A program made the position numbers and the translations under genes. DNA of 55,838 bases from Spirochaetales bacterium. GTDB taxonomy: Bacteria; Spirochaetota; Spirochaetia; JABEVK01. The DNA is taken from assembly GCA_037142615.1 (NCBI GenBank), contig JBAXAI010000024.1, positions 1 through 55,838 on the forward strand. The letters are read 5' to 3'. The notes beneath the pieces were generated by a model. It did not search any database, had not been told where the DNA came from, and saw only the letters and a program-made list of their open reading frames with translations. Of this stretch, positions 27,291 through 36,941 are shown one piece after another. Position 1 is the first letter of the stretch; every line of letters begins with the position of its first letter.

Positions 27291-29497
27291 GGCTCCGGCG
27301 GGTGGCGCGGTTAACTCCGGGTGCCGTGGCCTTTTTTTTGGTGACAGACCTCGCTCTGCGTTGGGTTCTTCTCCTGGCACCGTACCCCGAACTCGACGCC
27401 TTCGTGGCCCAGCCAGCCAGCGCCGTGGTCACCGACCGGGCAGGCCGTTTGCTGCAGGTGACCGCGCTCGAGGGAGGGTTGAGGCGTCTCGACACGCCCC
27501 TGAGCCAGATTCCTGCCTCGGTGAAACAGATCTTTTTGCGGGCCGAGGACCGGCGCTTCTACCTCCACGACGGCTTGGATCTCTGGGCTCTGGCCCGCAG
27601 TGCAGCCGACAACCTGGTCGCGGGCCGCGTGGTCAGCGGGGCGTCGACGATCTCGATGCAGTTGGCGCGCCTGGTGCACCCGCGGGGATCGGGCTGGGTC
27701 GCGAAGGCCCTGGAAGCGCTCGACGCGGCCCGCCTCGAGGCCCGCTTGAACAAGGACCGAATCCTGGAACTCTGGCTGGACCATCTGCCTTTTTCATCGC
27801 GGTTGGCGGGGGTAGAGGCTGCCGCCCGAGGGGTCTTTGGTATTGCACTGACCGAACTCACGGTGGAGCAAACCACGTTGTTGGCCGTCATTCCGCGGCG
27901 ACCCGCGCTGTACGATCCTCGCGTGGACCCCGGTTCCAGCGCGGCAGCTGCCCTGCGTCTCTTTGGTCCTGAGGCCTCAGAGGGCGCACTGGAGTCGCTG
28001 GTCTCTGCCGCCCGGGCCTCGGCCTCGACACCGCCGTTCCCGAAGGAGGCACCTCACTACGTGCGCTTGCTGGAAGCTTCGACTCCTGGCGGACTCCACG
28101 GCCGCGTTGTCACGTCGCTCGACCTCGAGTTGCAGCAGCGGCTCGAGGCGGCGATCCGCAAGAATCTCAAACCATGGTACGCCAACCGTTTGCGCAACGG
28201 GGCCGGCCTGGTGCTCGACAACGTCAGCGGCAACGTTCTGGCGTGGGTGGGTTCCGCCGACTTTGACGACGCCGCTGAGCTCGGGCAAAACGATGGCGTG
28301 TTGGCCACCAGTCAGCCCGGCTCAGCGCTAAAACCCTTCTTGTACGCGCTGGCGCTCGAGCGGGGTCTGTCCCCGGCCACGGTGCTGCCCGACCTGCCCA
28401 CCGACTTCGGGAGCGCTGAAGTCTATAGCCCCTCGAACTTTAACGGTCGTTTCAACGGACCGGTACGCTTGCGGGTGGCGCTGGCCTCCAGCCTCAACGT
28501 TCCTGCCGTCGAAGTTTTGCAACGCGTTGGCGTGCGCCCCTTCGAGAACTGGCTGCGCGACCTCGGCTTCGCGTCGCTTGAGCGGCAGCGGGGAACCCTC
28601 GGCGTCGGGCTGGCGCTGGGCAACGCCGAGGTGAGTCTGCGCGAGATGGTGAGTGCGTTCGCCGTTTTTCCGCGCGGCGGCCTCGACCTTGCCGGCAAAC
28701 AGGTGATGAGCGCCACCACGGCGGCCCAGATCCGCGACATTCTGAGCGACCAACCCAGCCGCTTCCTGGGCTTCGGCAGCAGTCGCACGCTGCAACGCGA
28801 CTACGACGCCATGTTCAAAACCGGTACCGCCAACCAATACCAGCAGGTGTGGGCCCTGGGGGCGACGGCGCAGGTCACCATCGGCGTCTGGATGGGCAAC
28901 TTCCGCGGGCAGACCGTCATCGGCCGCACCGGCAGCGGCATTCCGGCCAAAGCGCTGGTCGAGGTGCTCGACACCCTGGCCACGCCCGCCGACCCTGAGT
29001 CCGCAAACTGGTGGAGGTCTGTCCCCGCCAGTCACACCCTGCGCATCTGCACGCTCTCGGGTCTGGCGGCAACCGACAATTGCCCCACCATGCTCGAAAG
29101 CTTTGCCGACGCCCGGGGTTCTGGGGGCGCTGCTTCCGATCCGCCGCCCTGTACCTGGCATCATCCGGGGGGCCGCGTGACCTACCCGGCCGAGTACGCT
29201 TCCTGGGTGACCGGTGGCGGGCGGGCGGGTCTGGGGGCGAGCCAGGAAACGGTGCCCGGCACTGATCCCGAAATCCTGTCGCCGGCCAACGGTGCGGTGT
29301 ACTACCTCAACCCCCAGAAGCCTTTGGCGAGCCAGGCCGTCCCGGTGAGGGTGGCCGGGGCTCCTGGGGCCCTCGTCACCGTCGATGGCCGTTCGGTCGC
29401 CTACCTCGATAGTACCGGCACGGCCGCCTTGCCCCTGACCGCTGGTGTGCACCGGTTGCAGGTTGGGGGTGCCACCGCGAGCTACGAGGTGCGCTGA
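27287..29497 (+). CDS. pbpC: Penicillin-binding protein 1C (transglycosylase/transpeptidase)
   Basis: EDRRFY.HDG.D, SGASTISMQLAR, QPGSALKPF (SxxK), SLNVPAV (SxN), KTGT. It lies directly downstream of the alpha-2-macroglobulin, the canonical pairing. Confidence 0.93.
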   Translation: MRLRRVARLTPGAVAFFLVTDLALRWVLLLAPYPELDAFVAQPASAVVTDRAGRLLQVTALEGGLRRLDTPLSQIPASVKQIFLRAEDRRFYLHDGLDLWALARSAADNLVAGRVVSGASTISMQLARLVHPRGSGWVAKALEALDAARLEARLNKDRILELWLDHLPFSSRLAGVEAAARGVFGIALTELTVEQTTLLAVIPRRPALYDPRVDPGSSAAAALRLFGPEASEGALESLVSAARASASTPPFPKEAPHYVRLLEASTPGGLHGRVVTSLDLELQQRLEAAIRKNLKPWYANRLRNGAGLVLDNVSGNVLAWVGSADFDDAAELGQNDGVLATSQPGSALKPFLYALALERGLSPATVLPDLPTDFGSAEVYSPSNFNGRFNGPVRLRVALASSLNVPAVEVLQRVGVRPFENWLRDLGFASLERQRGTLGVGLALGNAEVSLREMVSAFAVFPRGGLDLAGKQVMSATTAAQIRDILSDQPSRFLGFGSSRTLQRDYDAMFKTGTANQYQQVWALGATAQVTIGVWMGNFRGQTVIGRTGSGIPAKALVEVLDTLATPADPESANWWRSVPASHTLRICTLSGLAATDNCPTMLESFADARGSGGAASDPPPCTWHHPGGRVTYPAEYASWVTGGGRAGLGASQETVPGTDPEILSPANGAVYYLNPQKPLASQAVPVRVAGAPGALVTVDGRSVAYLDSTGTAALPLTAGVHRLQVGGATASYEVR

Positions 29498-29564
29498 CCT
29501 CGGGGCCGAAGCGTCTGCTTGACACTTTGGCTCTGTTGGTCGAAAACCTGAGCATGAGGTCCTC

Positions 29565-30005
29565 ATGAAACTTCGTCCTTTGGCCCTATTGCTTCCTATG
29601 CTTCTTCTGGCTGGTTGTTACACGACCCCGTCCGCTCTCAAGAATCTTGACACGGTGGCCTTTGGTCAGGAGTTTGCCGTCACGGGAAAGGTGAAGCCCC
29701 TTTTGCAGGTTCCCCTGACCGACATCAACCTCTACCTTCTGTCAGACGATGGGGCGAGCTTTCCCCTCGTTTCCAAAAAGAAGTTCTCCAACGGACAAAC
29801 GGTCGATCTCCACGTTTCGGTGGTAGGAACCAAGGGGCAACTCCCCAACGAGCTGGTGGACTCCATCAAAAACCTGGCCGACCTTCTGCTTCGCAAGGGC
29901 CTGGTTCCCAAGGAAACGGCTGAGCTGGTGAGCACGGCCATTGTTACTACCGTGAAAGGCGCTGCCGCATTGGTGGGAAACGTGTTGATTCTGGTGCAGG
30001 GGTAG
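29565..30005 (+). CDS. Hypothetical lipoprotein
   Basis: Lipobox LLLAG-C; GAGG upstream of the ATG. Confidence 0.7.
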   Translation: MKLRPLALLLPMLLLAGCYTTPSALKNLDTVAFGQEFAVTGKVKPLLQVPLTDINLYLLSDDGASFPLVSKKKFSNGQTVDLHVSVVGTKGQLPNELVDSIKNLADLLLRKGLVPKETAELVSTAIVTTVKGAAALVGNVLILVQG

Positions 30006-30009
30006 AGCC

Positions 30010-30630
30010 ATGAGACGCTTCCTTGCCTTGGGTTTGGCTCTCTGTTCTCTGGCCGTCGTTCCCTTGGCAGCCGATGTCGCCGGCGAAAACAACGTCTTGG
30101 CTGCAGAGTTTGACCTCTGGGGGATGGCCCTCAATACGTGGGGGGCCACCGGCGAGTTTGCCCTGGGTCCCGACGTCGCCCTCGAAGGGAGTTTCACTTT
30201 TTCCCCGAACCTGCTCTGGCTGACCGGGCTTTCGACGCTCGACTCGAAGTTGTTGTTTCGCGCCTACTTTGGGCGTTACGCCCCCTGGCAGCTCGATCCC
30301 GCGTGGAGCTTCTTGAAAGGAACCGGCTTGACTGGTTTGTCTTTCGCCCTGGGACCCACGTTTCATTGGTGGAGCGGTACTTCGACCGTCTCGGGGGTCA
30401 AAGGCCAGTGGACCTACCTGACCGCGGGGCTCGAGGCCCAGTTTGGCACCAAGTACTTCCTAACAGAACACTGGTTCACCGGGGTCAAACTCGGGATGGA
30501 AGCTCAGTTCCCGAGCTCGTGGGGGCTTACGGCCAACGGGGTAGCCGTTGCCGACCGAACCACCTGGACGACCCCCGGCTTGGTTCCCCTCCCGCTCACG
30601 TGCGCCGTGGGGTTGGGTTACGCCTGGTAG
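30010..30630 (+). CDS. Putative outer-membrane beta-barrel protein
   Basis: Signal peptide, alternating amphipathic aromatic-rich strands, and C-terminal beta-signal-like VGLGYAW. Confidence 0.65.
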   Translation: MRRFLALGLALCSLAVVPLAADVAGENNVLAAEFDLWGMALNTWGATGEFALGPDVALEGSFTFSPNLLWLTGLSTLDSKLLFRAYFGRYAPWQLDPAWSFLKGTGLTGLSFALGPTFHWWSGTSTVSGVKGQWTYLTAGLEAQFGTKYFLTEHWFTGVKLGMEAQFPSSWGLTANGVAVADRTTWTTPGLVPLPLTCAVGLGYAW

Positions 30631-30642
30631 GGCCGACGTCCG

Positions 30643-31095
30643 TTATTTGAGCTCCTGGATTGCCTTGATAAACTCATCGACGTTGCCAAAGCGCTTGTAG
30701 ACGCTGGCAAACCGCACGTACGCCACCTTGTCGACGCGCTCGAGCTTGCCCAGCACCAGGTCGCCAAGCTGTCGGCTGGTCACTTCGTGGTTGGCCTTGC
30801 CTTCCATGGCCGCTTCGTCTTCCAGCTGGTTGAGCAGCTCCTCGATATCGACCTGGCTGATGGGCCGCTTTTCGAGCGCGCGCACCAGGCCCCGCTCGAT
30901 CTTCTTGACGTCAAAGGGTTCCCGCCGGCCGTCGCTCTTGACCACCATGAGCGGAATCTCTTCGATCCGCTCGTAGCTGGTGAATCGATAGCCGCATTTG
31001 AGGCATTCCCGGCGCCGGCGGAGCGAGGTTCCCGAGATGTTCTGGCGACTCTCGATCACCTTGTCTTCCAGATCACCGCAAAGAGGGCATTTCAT
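30643..31095 (-). CDS. nrdR: Transcriptional repressor NrdR
   Basis: MKCPLCG..EDKVIESR...RRRRECLKCGYRFTSYE zinc ribbon, ATP cone, DKVAYVRFASVY. Confidence 0.97.
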   Translation of the reverse strand: MKCPLCGDLEDKVIESRQNISGTSLRRRRECLKCGYRFTSYERIEEIPLMVVKSDGRREPFDVKKIERGLVRALEKRPISQVDIEELLNQLEDEAAMEGKANHEVTSRQLGDLVLGKLERVDKVAYVRFASVYKRFGNVDEFIKAIQELK

Positions 31096-31145
31096 GCGTC
31101 CATTCTACACCGTGCAGGCCCTGTTTGGGGTATGATGGTGCCATC

Positions 31146-32657
31146 ATGAAGTACGTGTTTGTCGCTCTTGGCTGGCTGGCCCTCGTGGCCGCCGTTCCTG
31201 CAGTGATGCATTGGCCCTTGGGGGCCCACGCAGGCTTTCTCTATAACCTCCTTTTGTGGACGGCGGTGGCCGGGTACTCGCTCAAGCTGCTGGGCAAAGA
31301 CCGCAACGGTTCGGGCACGACCGGGCTGGTGCTTCTCATCGGCGCTCCGCTCGCCATGGCCGCACTGTGGCTGCTCAGCGCCGTGCCGTTGCGCGCTGGC
31401 GACTACCACCGGCTGGCGGGTGGGGTTTCGCCCCACGAGGCGCAGCTCGAATCGCTGACGCGTCCCGAGAACCTTTTGCGCGTGTCGACCCGGGCGATGG
31501 CCTGGCAAATGGCGAACAAGGCGCTGGGCGGCGAAATCACGCTCGACGGACGCACCGTGCAGCTCACGAGCCAGTTCGAGATCTCGGCCGAGCGGGGCAC
31601 CCTGTTGAGGCTCGACGACAAGGCCCATCAAGGGCTGTACTGGATTTTCGTGCTCGACTATTCGGGCCTGTTCGCCTCGCTCGATCTGCCGTGGGTTCCC
31701 GGCTACGTGCTGCTTTCGGCCACCGACCCGCAGGCCAGGGCCGAACTGGTCACCGACCGGCAGTTCCGTTACACGCCCAACGCCTTTTTTGACCGCTCGC
31801 TGGACTTCCAGACCTACTGGCGGCACGTGGGTGAGCAGGTGGAAGAAACCCACCTCGAGCTCGACGACGCGGGCAACCCCTGGTGGGTCACCTCGTACAG
31901 CATGCCGGGGGTGGGCCTCGACGGCTACGTTCTTTCGTCAGTGTCGGTGCTGAATCCCGAAACCGGCGACGAGACGGCGATGACCTGGGACCAATGGTTG
32001 GCGCGCAAGGGCGAGTTTGCCTGGCTCGACCGGGTGGTTCCCGAGGCGGTGGCCGCCCGAAGGCTCGACCAGTGGTGGTCGCTGGGCAACGGCTGGCTCA
32101 ACGCCCTGGGTTTCCCCGGGGCCAACGTGCTCCAGCGCACGCCGTACAGCGGCAACGAGCTCTGGTTCTTGCCGCTGGCCAAGAGCAACGTGTGGTTGTC
32201 GGGCATCACCAGCATGAACAACAAAGACTACAGCCTGGTCAACTTCAGTCTGATCGATACCCGTACCGGCGACTTGAGCTACATCAAAGTGAAGGGAACC
32301 GAGGAAGACGGTGCGGTCAAGATGGCCCAGGGAGCCCTGGGAGCCGACTCGTCGATCTGGAAGCCGGTGTTGCCTACGCCCATCGTTTTTGAGGGCAAGC
32401 CGTGGTGGAGCCTGATGATCGTCGACAGCCAGGACCTGTTTCGTGCGGTAGCCCTGTTGCCGCTGGATTCCACCAACGAAGTGTATTTTGGAAACAGTCT
32501 GGCCGACGCGATGGTCAAGGCTGGGCTTGGCGAACCTCAAGCGGCGGGTCCGAGCCCTGCTGCCGAGGCCAGCGTCACGCTCACCTTGACCGCCACCGAG
32601 GCGGCCCTGCTCAAACAGTTGCTTAGGCGTCTGAACGACGCCACGGGGGGACGATGA
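31146..32657 (+). CDS. Hypothetical membrane protein (three N-terminal TM helices plus a large extracytoplasmic domain)
   Basis: Hydrophobic N-terminus; 'VPGYVLLSAT', 'HLELDDAGNPWW', 'WLDRVVP'. Its stop overlaps the next start (ATGA). Confidence 0.75.
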   Translation: MKYVFVALGWLALVAAVPAVMHWPLGAHAGFLYNLLLWTAVAGYSLKLLGKDRNGSGTTGLVLLIGAPLAMAALWLLSAVPLRAGDYHRLAGGVSPHEAQLESLTRPENLLRVSTRAMAWQMANKALGGEITLDGRTVQLTSQFEISAERGTLLRLDDKAHQGLYWIFVLDYSGLFASLDLPWVPGYVLLSATDPQARAELVTDRQFRYTPNAFFDRSLDFQTYWRHVGEQVEETHLELDDAGNPWWVTSYSMPGVGLDGYVLSSVSVLNPETGDETAMTWDQWLARKGEFAWLDRVVPEAVAARRLDQWWSLGNGWLNALGFPGANVLQRTPYSGNELWFLPLAKSNVWLSGITSMNNKDYSLVNFSLIDTRTGDLSYIKVKGTEEDGAVKMAQGALGADSSIWKPVLPTPIVFEGKPWWSLMIVDSQDLFRAVALLPLDSTNEVYFGNSLADAMVKAGLGEPQAAGPSPAAEASVTLTLTATEAALLKQLLRRLNDATGGR

Positions 32658-33643
32658 ACATTCTCATGATCGGAGGCACGGGCATTATCAGCTCGGCCGT
32701 TTCTGACTTGCTGGTCCAAAAAGGGCACCACCTCACCCTGCTCAACCGGGGGGCTTCGATCCGCCAAGTCTCTGCGGGGGCCGAAGTGCTCAAGGCCGAC
32801 ATCCGCGACCCGGCTTCGGTGCGGGCGGTGCTCGGGGCACGGAAGTTCGACTCCGTTGTCGACTGGCTGAGCTTTGTGCCCGAGCACGTGGCCGCTTCGC
32901 TCGACCTGTTCGAGGGCCGCACCGGCCAATACGTTTACATCAGCTCTGCCTCGGTGTACCGAAAGCCGACCGTTGCCCTTCCGGTGGTCGAATCCAACCT
33001 GCTGCACAACCCGTTTTGGGAATACAGCCGCAACAAAACGGCCTGCGAGGAGTTTTTGACCGACCGCTACCGCACCAAGGGTACCCCCATCACCATCGTG
33101 CGTCCGAGCCACACCTACGACAAAACGCTCTTGCCCATGGACGGGGGTTGGACCGTGGTCGACCGCATGCTGCGGGGGCTGCCGGTGATCGTGCACGGCG
33201 ACGGCACCTCGTTGTGGACTCTCACCCATCACCGGGATTTTGCCCGTGGGTTCGTTGGTCTGCTCGGGCACCCCTACGCGCTGGGCGAGGCCTTTCACAT
33301 CACCGGCGACGAGTGGCTGTCCTGGAACGAGATTTTCCGGTTGGTGGCGCTCGCCGCCGGCGTCGAGGCAAAAATTGTTCACGTGCCCAGCGACCTGGTT
33401 GCCCTCGAAGACCCCGCGTGGGCAGATGGGCTGCTGGGCGACAAGTCGCATTCCATGATGTTCGACAACAGCAAGATCCGCCGCCTGGTGCCCGACTTCA
33501 CCTGCCCCATCCCGTTCTCCCAGGGCGTGAGGGAGGTGATGGCTTGGTATCAGGAAGACAAAAAACGCCAGGTCGTCAACGCCGATTTCACCGCAAAGTA
33601 TGAACGTATCCTCGCCCGGATGAACCGGGCTTGGGCCAACTAA
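32654..33643 (+). CDS. NAD-dependent epimerase/dehydratase (extended SDR)
   Basis: IGGTGIIS, YISSASVY, YSRNK (YxxxK), IVRPSHTY, HGDG. Confidence 0.9.
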   Translation: MNILMIGGTGIISSAVSDLLVQKGHHLTLLNRGASIRQVSAGAEVLKADIRDPASVRAVLGARKFDSVVDWLSFVPEHVAASLDLFEGRTGQYVYISSASVYRKPTVALPVVESNLLHNPFWEYSRNKTACEEFLTDRYRTKGTPITIVRPSHTYDKTLLPMDGGWTVVDRMLRGLPVIVHGDGTSLWTLTHHRDFARGFVGLLGHPYALGEAFHITGDEWLSWNEIFRLVALAAGVEAKIVHVPSDLVALEDPAWADGLLGDKSHSMMFDNSKIRRLVPDFTCPIPFSQGVREVMAWYQEDKKRQVVNADFTAKYERILARMNRAWAN

Positions 33644-33652
33644 GGAGCATCT

Positions 33653-34855
33653 ATGGACAATTTCACGTACCAGAACGCCACCAAAATCCTCTTCGGACGA
33701 GGCATGGAAACGCAGGTCGGCACCGAGACCAAAAAGCACAGTTCGCGCGTCCTGTTGCACACCGGCATGGGCTCGGTGAAGCGCTCGGGCCTGTTCGACA
33801 CGGTGGTGCACTCGCTCGAGGCCGCCGGCGTCACTTGGATTGAGCTCGCCGGGGTGCAACCCAACCCACGTCTTTCGCTGGTGCAAGAGGGTATCAAACT
33901 CTGCCGCGAAAACAAGTTAGACTTCATTCTTGCCGTGGGCGGCGGCAGCGTCATCGACTCGGCCAAGGCCATCGCGGCCGGCGTTCCCTACAGTGGCAAC
34001 GTGTGGGACTTCTACGAAGGCACCGCCCAGCCCCAGGGCGCGCTCAAGGTGGCCACGGTGCTCACCATTCCTGCGGCCGGCAGCGAAACCAGCGGCAGCA
34101 CCGTCATCACCAACGAGGACGGCGGCTACAAGAAGGGCCTGACGAGCAACGACTGGCTGCGCCCGGTGTTCAGCATCCTCAACCCCGAACTCACCAAAAC
34201 CCTGCCCGCCTACGAAACCGCCGTCGGAGCCGCCGACATCATGAGCCATGTGTTTGAGCGGTACTTCACCAACACGACCAACGTGGACTACTCCGACCGC
34301 CTGTGCGAGGCCACGCTCAAGGGCGTGATCCGCAACCTGCCGCTGGTGCTCGCCAAACTCCAGGACTACGACGCCCGCGCCGAACTCATGTGGTTGGGCA
34401 CTCAGGCCCACAGCGACCTGATCGGCATGGGCCGCGAGGGCGATTGGGCCACCCACGGCATCGAGCACGAGCTGAGCGGCATCTACGACGTGCCGCACGG
34501 TGCCGGCCTGGCCGTCATGTTCCCCGCGTGGATGAAGTACAACCTGGCCCACGATGTGGAGCGCTTCTGTCAGCTCGCCGTGCGGGTTTGGAATGTCGAA
34601 ATGGACCACAAGAACCCGCGCAAGACCGCCCTCGAGGGCATCGCCAAGCTGCAAGGCTTCTGGGCCAGTTGCGGCTTGCACACGAGCCTGGAAGGCTTGG
34701 GCATCACCGACAACCGCTACGCCGAAATGGCGGCCAAGGCCACCAACAAGGGCCAGTGGAAGCTCGGCAACTTCGTCAAGCTGGAACAAAAGGATGTCGT
34801 GGCCATTTATGAACTCGCCAGCACCAAGGCCCCCAGCGAGAAGGGTGGCAAGTGA
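33653..34855 (+). CDS. Iron-containing alcohol dehydrogenase (BdhA/YqhD-like)
   Basis: GVQPNP, AVGGGSVIDSAK, LTIPAAGSE, DIMSHVFERY, HGIEHELS, HGAGLA. Confidence 0.93.
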   Translation: MDNFTYQNATKILFGRGMETQVGTETKKHSSRVLLHTGMGSVKRSGLFDTVVHSLEAAGVTWIELAGVQPNPRLSLVQEGIKLCRENKLDFILAVGGGSVIDSAKAIAAGVPYSGNVWDFYEGTAQPQGALKVATVLTIPAAGSETSGSTVITNEDGGYKKGLTSNDWLRPVFSILNPELTKTLPAYETAVGAADIMSHVFERYFTNTTNVDYSDRLCEATLKGVIRNLPLVLAKLQDYDARAELMWLGTQAHSDLIGMGREGDWATHGIEHELSGIYDVPHGAGLAVMFPAWMKYNLAHDVERFCQLAVRVWNVEMDHKNPRKTALEGIAKLQGFWASCGLHTSLEGLGITDNRYAEMAAKATNKGQWKLGNFVKLEQKDVVAIYELASTKAPSEKGGK

Positions 34856-35442
34856 CGCCTGAGCGGCAACGCCTGCTCCAGCAACTGAACTTCCTCCGCG
34901 AGATCGACAAGGTGAAGGCCATCGTCCGCAAGACCAGCCTGTTCGATGGTTCGCGCCGGGAGAACGACGCCGAGCACTCGTGGACGCTGGCCGTGATGGT
35001 GTCGCTGCTGCGTGAGTACGCCGACGTCGAGGTGAAGCTCGAGCGGACGCTGCTCATGGTGCTGTTGCACGACGTGGTCGAAGTCGACGCCGGCGATGTG
35101 TTCATTTACGATCCCGCGCGGGCGCACGTGGCGGCCAAGGAAGAAGCGGCGGCCCAGCGCATCTATGGCCTGCTCCCTGCCGACCAGGCGCAACCGTGGC
35201 TCGAGCTGTGGCGCGAGTTCGAAGCCCGCCAGACTCCCGAGGCCAAGTTCGCGGCCGCCTTTGACCGGCTCGAGCCTGTGCTGCAAAACTACTATAACGG
35301 CGGGGGCACCTGGCGCGAGTTCGGCATCACCAAGGCCCAGGTCGTGGCCAAGAACCAGCCCATTGCCGACGCATCGCAGCGGTTGTGGGCCTTTGTGCAG
35401 GAACTGATCGAGGAATGCGACCAGCGCGGTGACTTTGCGTGA
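34852..35442 (+). CDS. HD-domain hydrolase (HD_3 type)
   Basis: ENDAEHSW, LLHDVVE.DAGD, EAKFAAAFDRLEP. Confidence 0.9.
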   Translation: MTPERQRLLQQLNFLREIDKVKAIVRKTSLFDGSRRENDAEHSWTLAVMVSLLREYADVEVKLERTLLMVLLHDVVEVDAGDVFIYDPARAHVAAKEEAAAQRIYGLLPADQAQPWLELWREFEARQTPEAKFAAAFDRLEPVLQNYYNGGGTWREFGITKAQVVAKNQPIADASQRLWAFVQELIEECDQRGDFA

Positions 35443-35993
35443 CCGTGGTCGCGGGCGAAGACTACAGTGAGCAAGACCTTTCGGGGCAGGTGTTTGAGGA
35501 GCTGCACTTCAACGGGTGCGACTTTACCCGGGCCAATCTGAGCCGGGCCACCTTCGAAGCGTGCCTTTTTGAGGACTGCAACTTCACCAGCCCGCTGATC
35601 TCCAAGACCAAGCTCATCGACGCGCGGTTTGTCCGTTGCAAACTCCTGGGGCTCAACTTTTATCACTTTGACCAGTTTGCCCTGAGCTTCGCCTTCGACG
35701 AGTGCGTGCTGCGCCTGTGCGTGTTCAGCAATCTCAAACTCAGAAAGCTCAAGATCAGCGGTTGCCAAATCGTCGAATGTGACTTCAAGGAGAGCGACCT
35801 CACCGAGGCGAACTTCTCGAAGAGCGTGTTCCGCGACACCCTGTTCCACCAGGTGAACCTCGAAAAGGCCGACTTTCGCGACGCACAAAACTACAGCCTG
35901 GACCCCCGCGCCAACAACCTGACCAAGGCCCGCTTCAGCCAGCCCGACGTGCTGAACCTGCTGGCACCGTTTGGGATTGTGGTGGAGGGGTAG
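35439..35993 (+). CDS. Pentapeptide repeat protein
   Basis: Tandem [AC]-[DN]-[FL]-x-x repeats (CDFTR ANLSR ATFEA CLFED CNFTS ... ADFRD). Confidence 0.9.
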   Translation: MTVVAGEDYSEQDLSGQVFEELHFNGCDFTRANLSRATFEACLFEDCNFTSPLISKTKLIDARFVRCKLLGLNFYHFDQFALSFAFDECVLRLCVFSNLKLRKLKISGCQIVECDFKESDLTEANFSKSVFRDTLFHQVNLEKADFRDAQNYSLDPRANNLTKARFSQPDVLNLLAPFGIVVEG

Positions 35994-36038
35994 GGAAGTT
36001 TCTTGCTTCTTGACCCCCTCCCGTGGCACGATAGGTGA

Positions 36039-36941
36039 ATGAGCAACCCCTCGGACATGGAAGTCTCCAGACAGTTTGAATTGAAGATGTACATCGATTC
36101 AACTTCAGCGATGTACGAGAATGCGCTCCTCCAAAACGGCGAAATCTACGACACTGCGAGCCGGTTCACGAGGGAGTTTGCTGACATTTCTGCCCAAGCA
36201 ATCCTTGCCGACTCCCGAATCATCAAGATCCTCCGATACCTGGTGACTCCATCGATAAGTCAAATGAAGTTCGGCCAACTCTTTGAGTTTCAGTCCATCG
36301 GCAAGTTCGAGGACGCGCGGGTGCTTCCCGATTCCAACAAATACAGGGAACTAGAGCGGATCGCACCTAAAATTGCTGACTTCGTTGGCGAACGTCTTGA
36401 TCGGCGGCGTTTTCTTTGGCTTTCGTCAAAAGACCATGATTTCCCGATATCGCGGGAGTACGCCAAGAACTGGACTTGTTCCCTCGTTGCTGACCAGAAT
36501 GCACAGACCAATTACAGAAACTGGAGAAAAGACCAGCAGGAGCATGCGGTGACATCTCATCTGATACAGTTGGGCTACACCAAGACCAAGTTCAACGGGG
36601 TTATCAACAGGGCAACCGACTTGAGAATTGGCGAGTTTTCGCGCGAAATCAAGGTAAGGGGTCGCACCATCCAGAAGGCCGACATGGCGTTTCGGAGCAG
36701 AAGATCGAAGAAGCTCATTCTCATCGAGGCAAAGGCGGTCGGTGTTGAGCTCGACGCCACAAAGCGAATCAAGGAGTGTAGCGACAAGGCGGGTGATTGG
36801 CGGGCCTCAGCAGAACTGGAGGAACCGACCGTTGTAGCGGTAATCGCTGGTTTCTTTTCTCAAGGCAATCTTGAGAACCTTTCATCCTCCGGGGTGTCGA
36901 TTGTATGGGAACATCATCTCGAAGGTTTGGATGCATTCTAA
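36039..36941 (+). CDS. Type II restriction endonuclease, XamI-like PD-(D/E)XK
   Basis: 'LRYLVTPSIS', 'LDRRRFLWL', 'QTNYRNWRKDQQE', catalytic 'KADMAF...LIEAK', 'VIAGFF'. Coupled to a DNA methyltransferase; visibly lower GC than the flanks. Confidence 0.75.
   Translation: MSNPSDMEVSRQFELKMYIDSTSAMYENALLQNGEIYDTASRFTREFADISAQAILADSRIIKILRYLVTPSISQMKFGQLFEFQSIGKFEDARVLPDSNKYRELERIAPKIADFVGERLDRRRFLWLSSKDHDFPISREYAKNWTCSLVADQNAQTNYRNWRKDQQEHAVTSHLIQLGYTKTKFNGVINRATDLRIGEFSREIKVRGRTIQKADMAFRSRRSKKLILIEAKAVGVELDATKRIKECSDKAGDWRASAELEEPTVVAVIAGFFSQGNLENLSSSGVSIVWEHHLEGLDAF

Noticed and set aside
22605-27380. 1591-aa antisense ORF, and similar long shadow ORFs (3549-5720, 7098-8915, 43895-46468, 46779-48515)
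   Set aside because: They lie opposite well-supported genes and show no motifs. Long stop-free antisense frames are expected with high GC3 codon usage.
29519-29550. Perfect TTGACA upstream of the 29565 lipoprotein gene
   Set aside because: There is no credible -10 element at 16-18 nt spacing, so no promoter was called.
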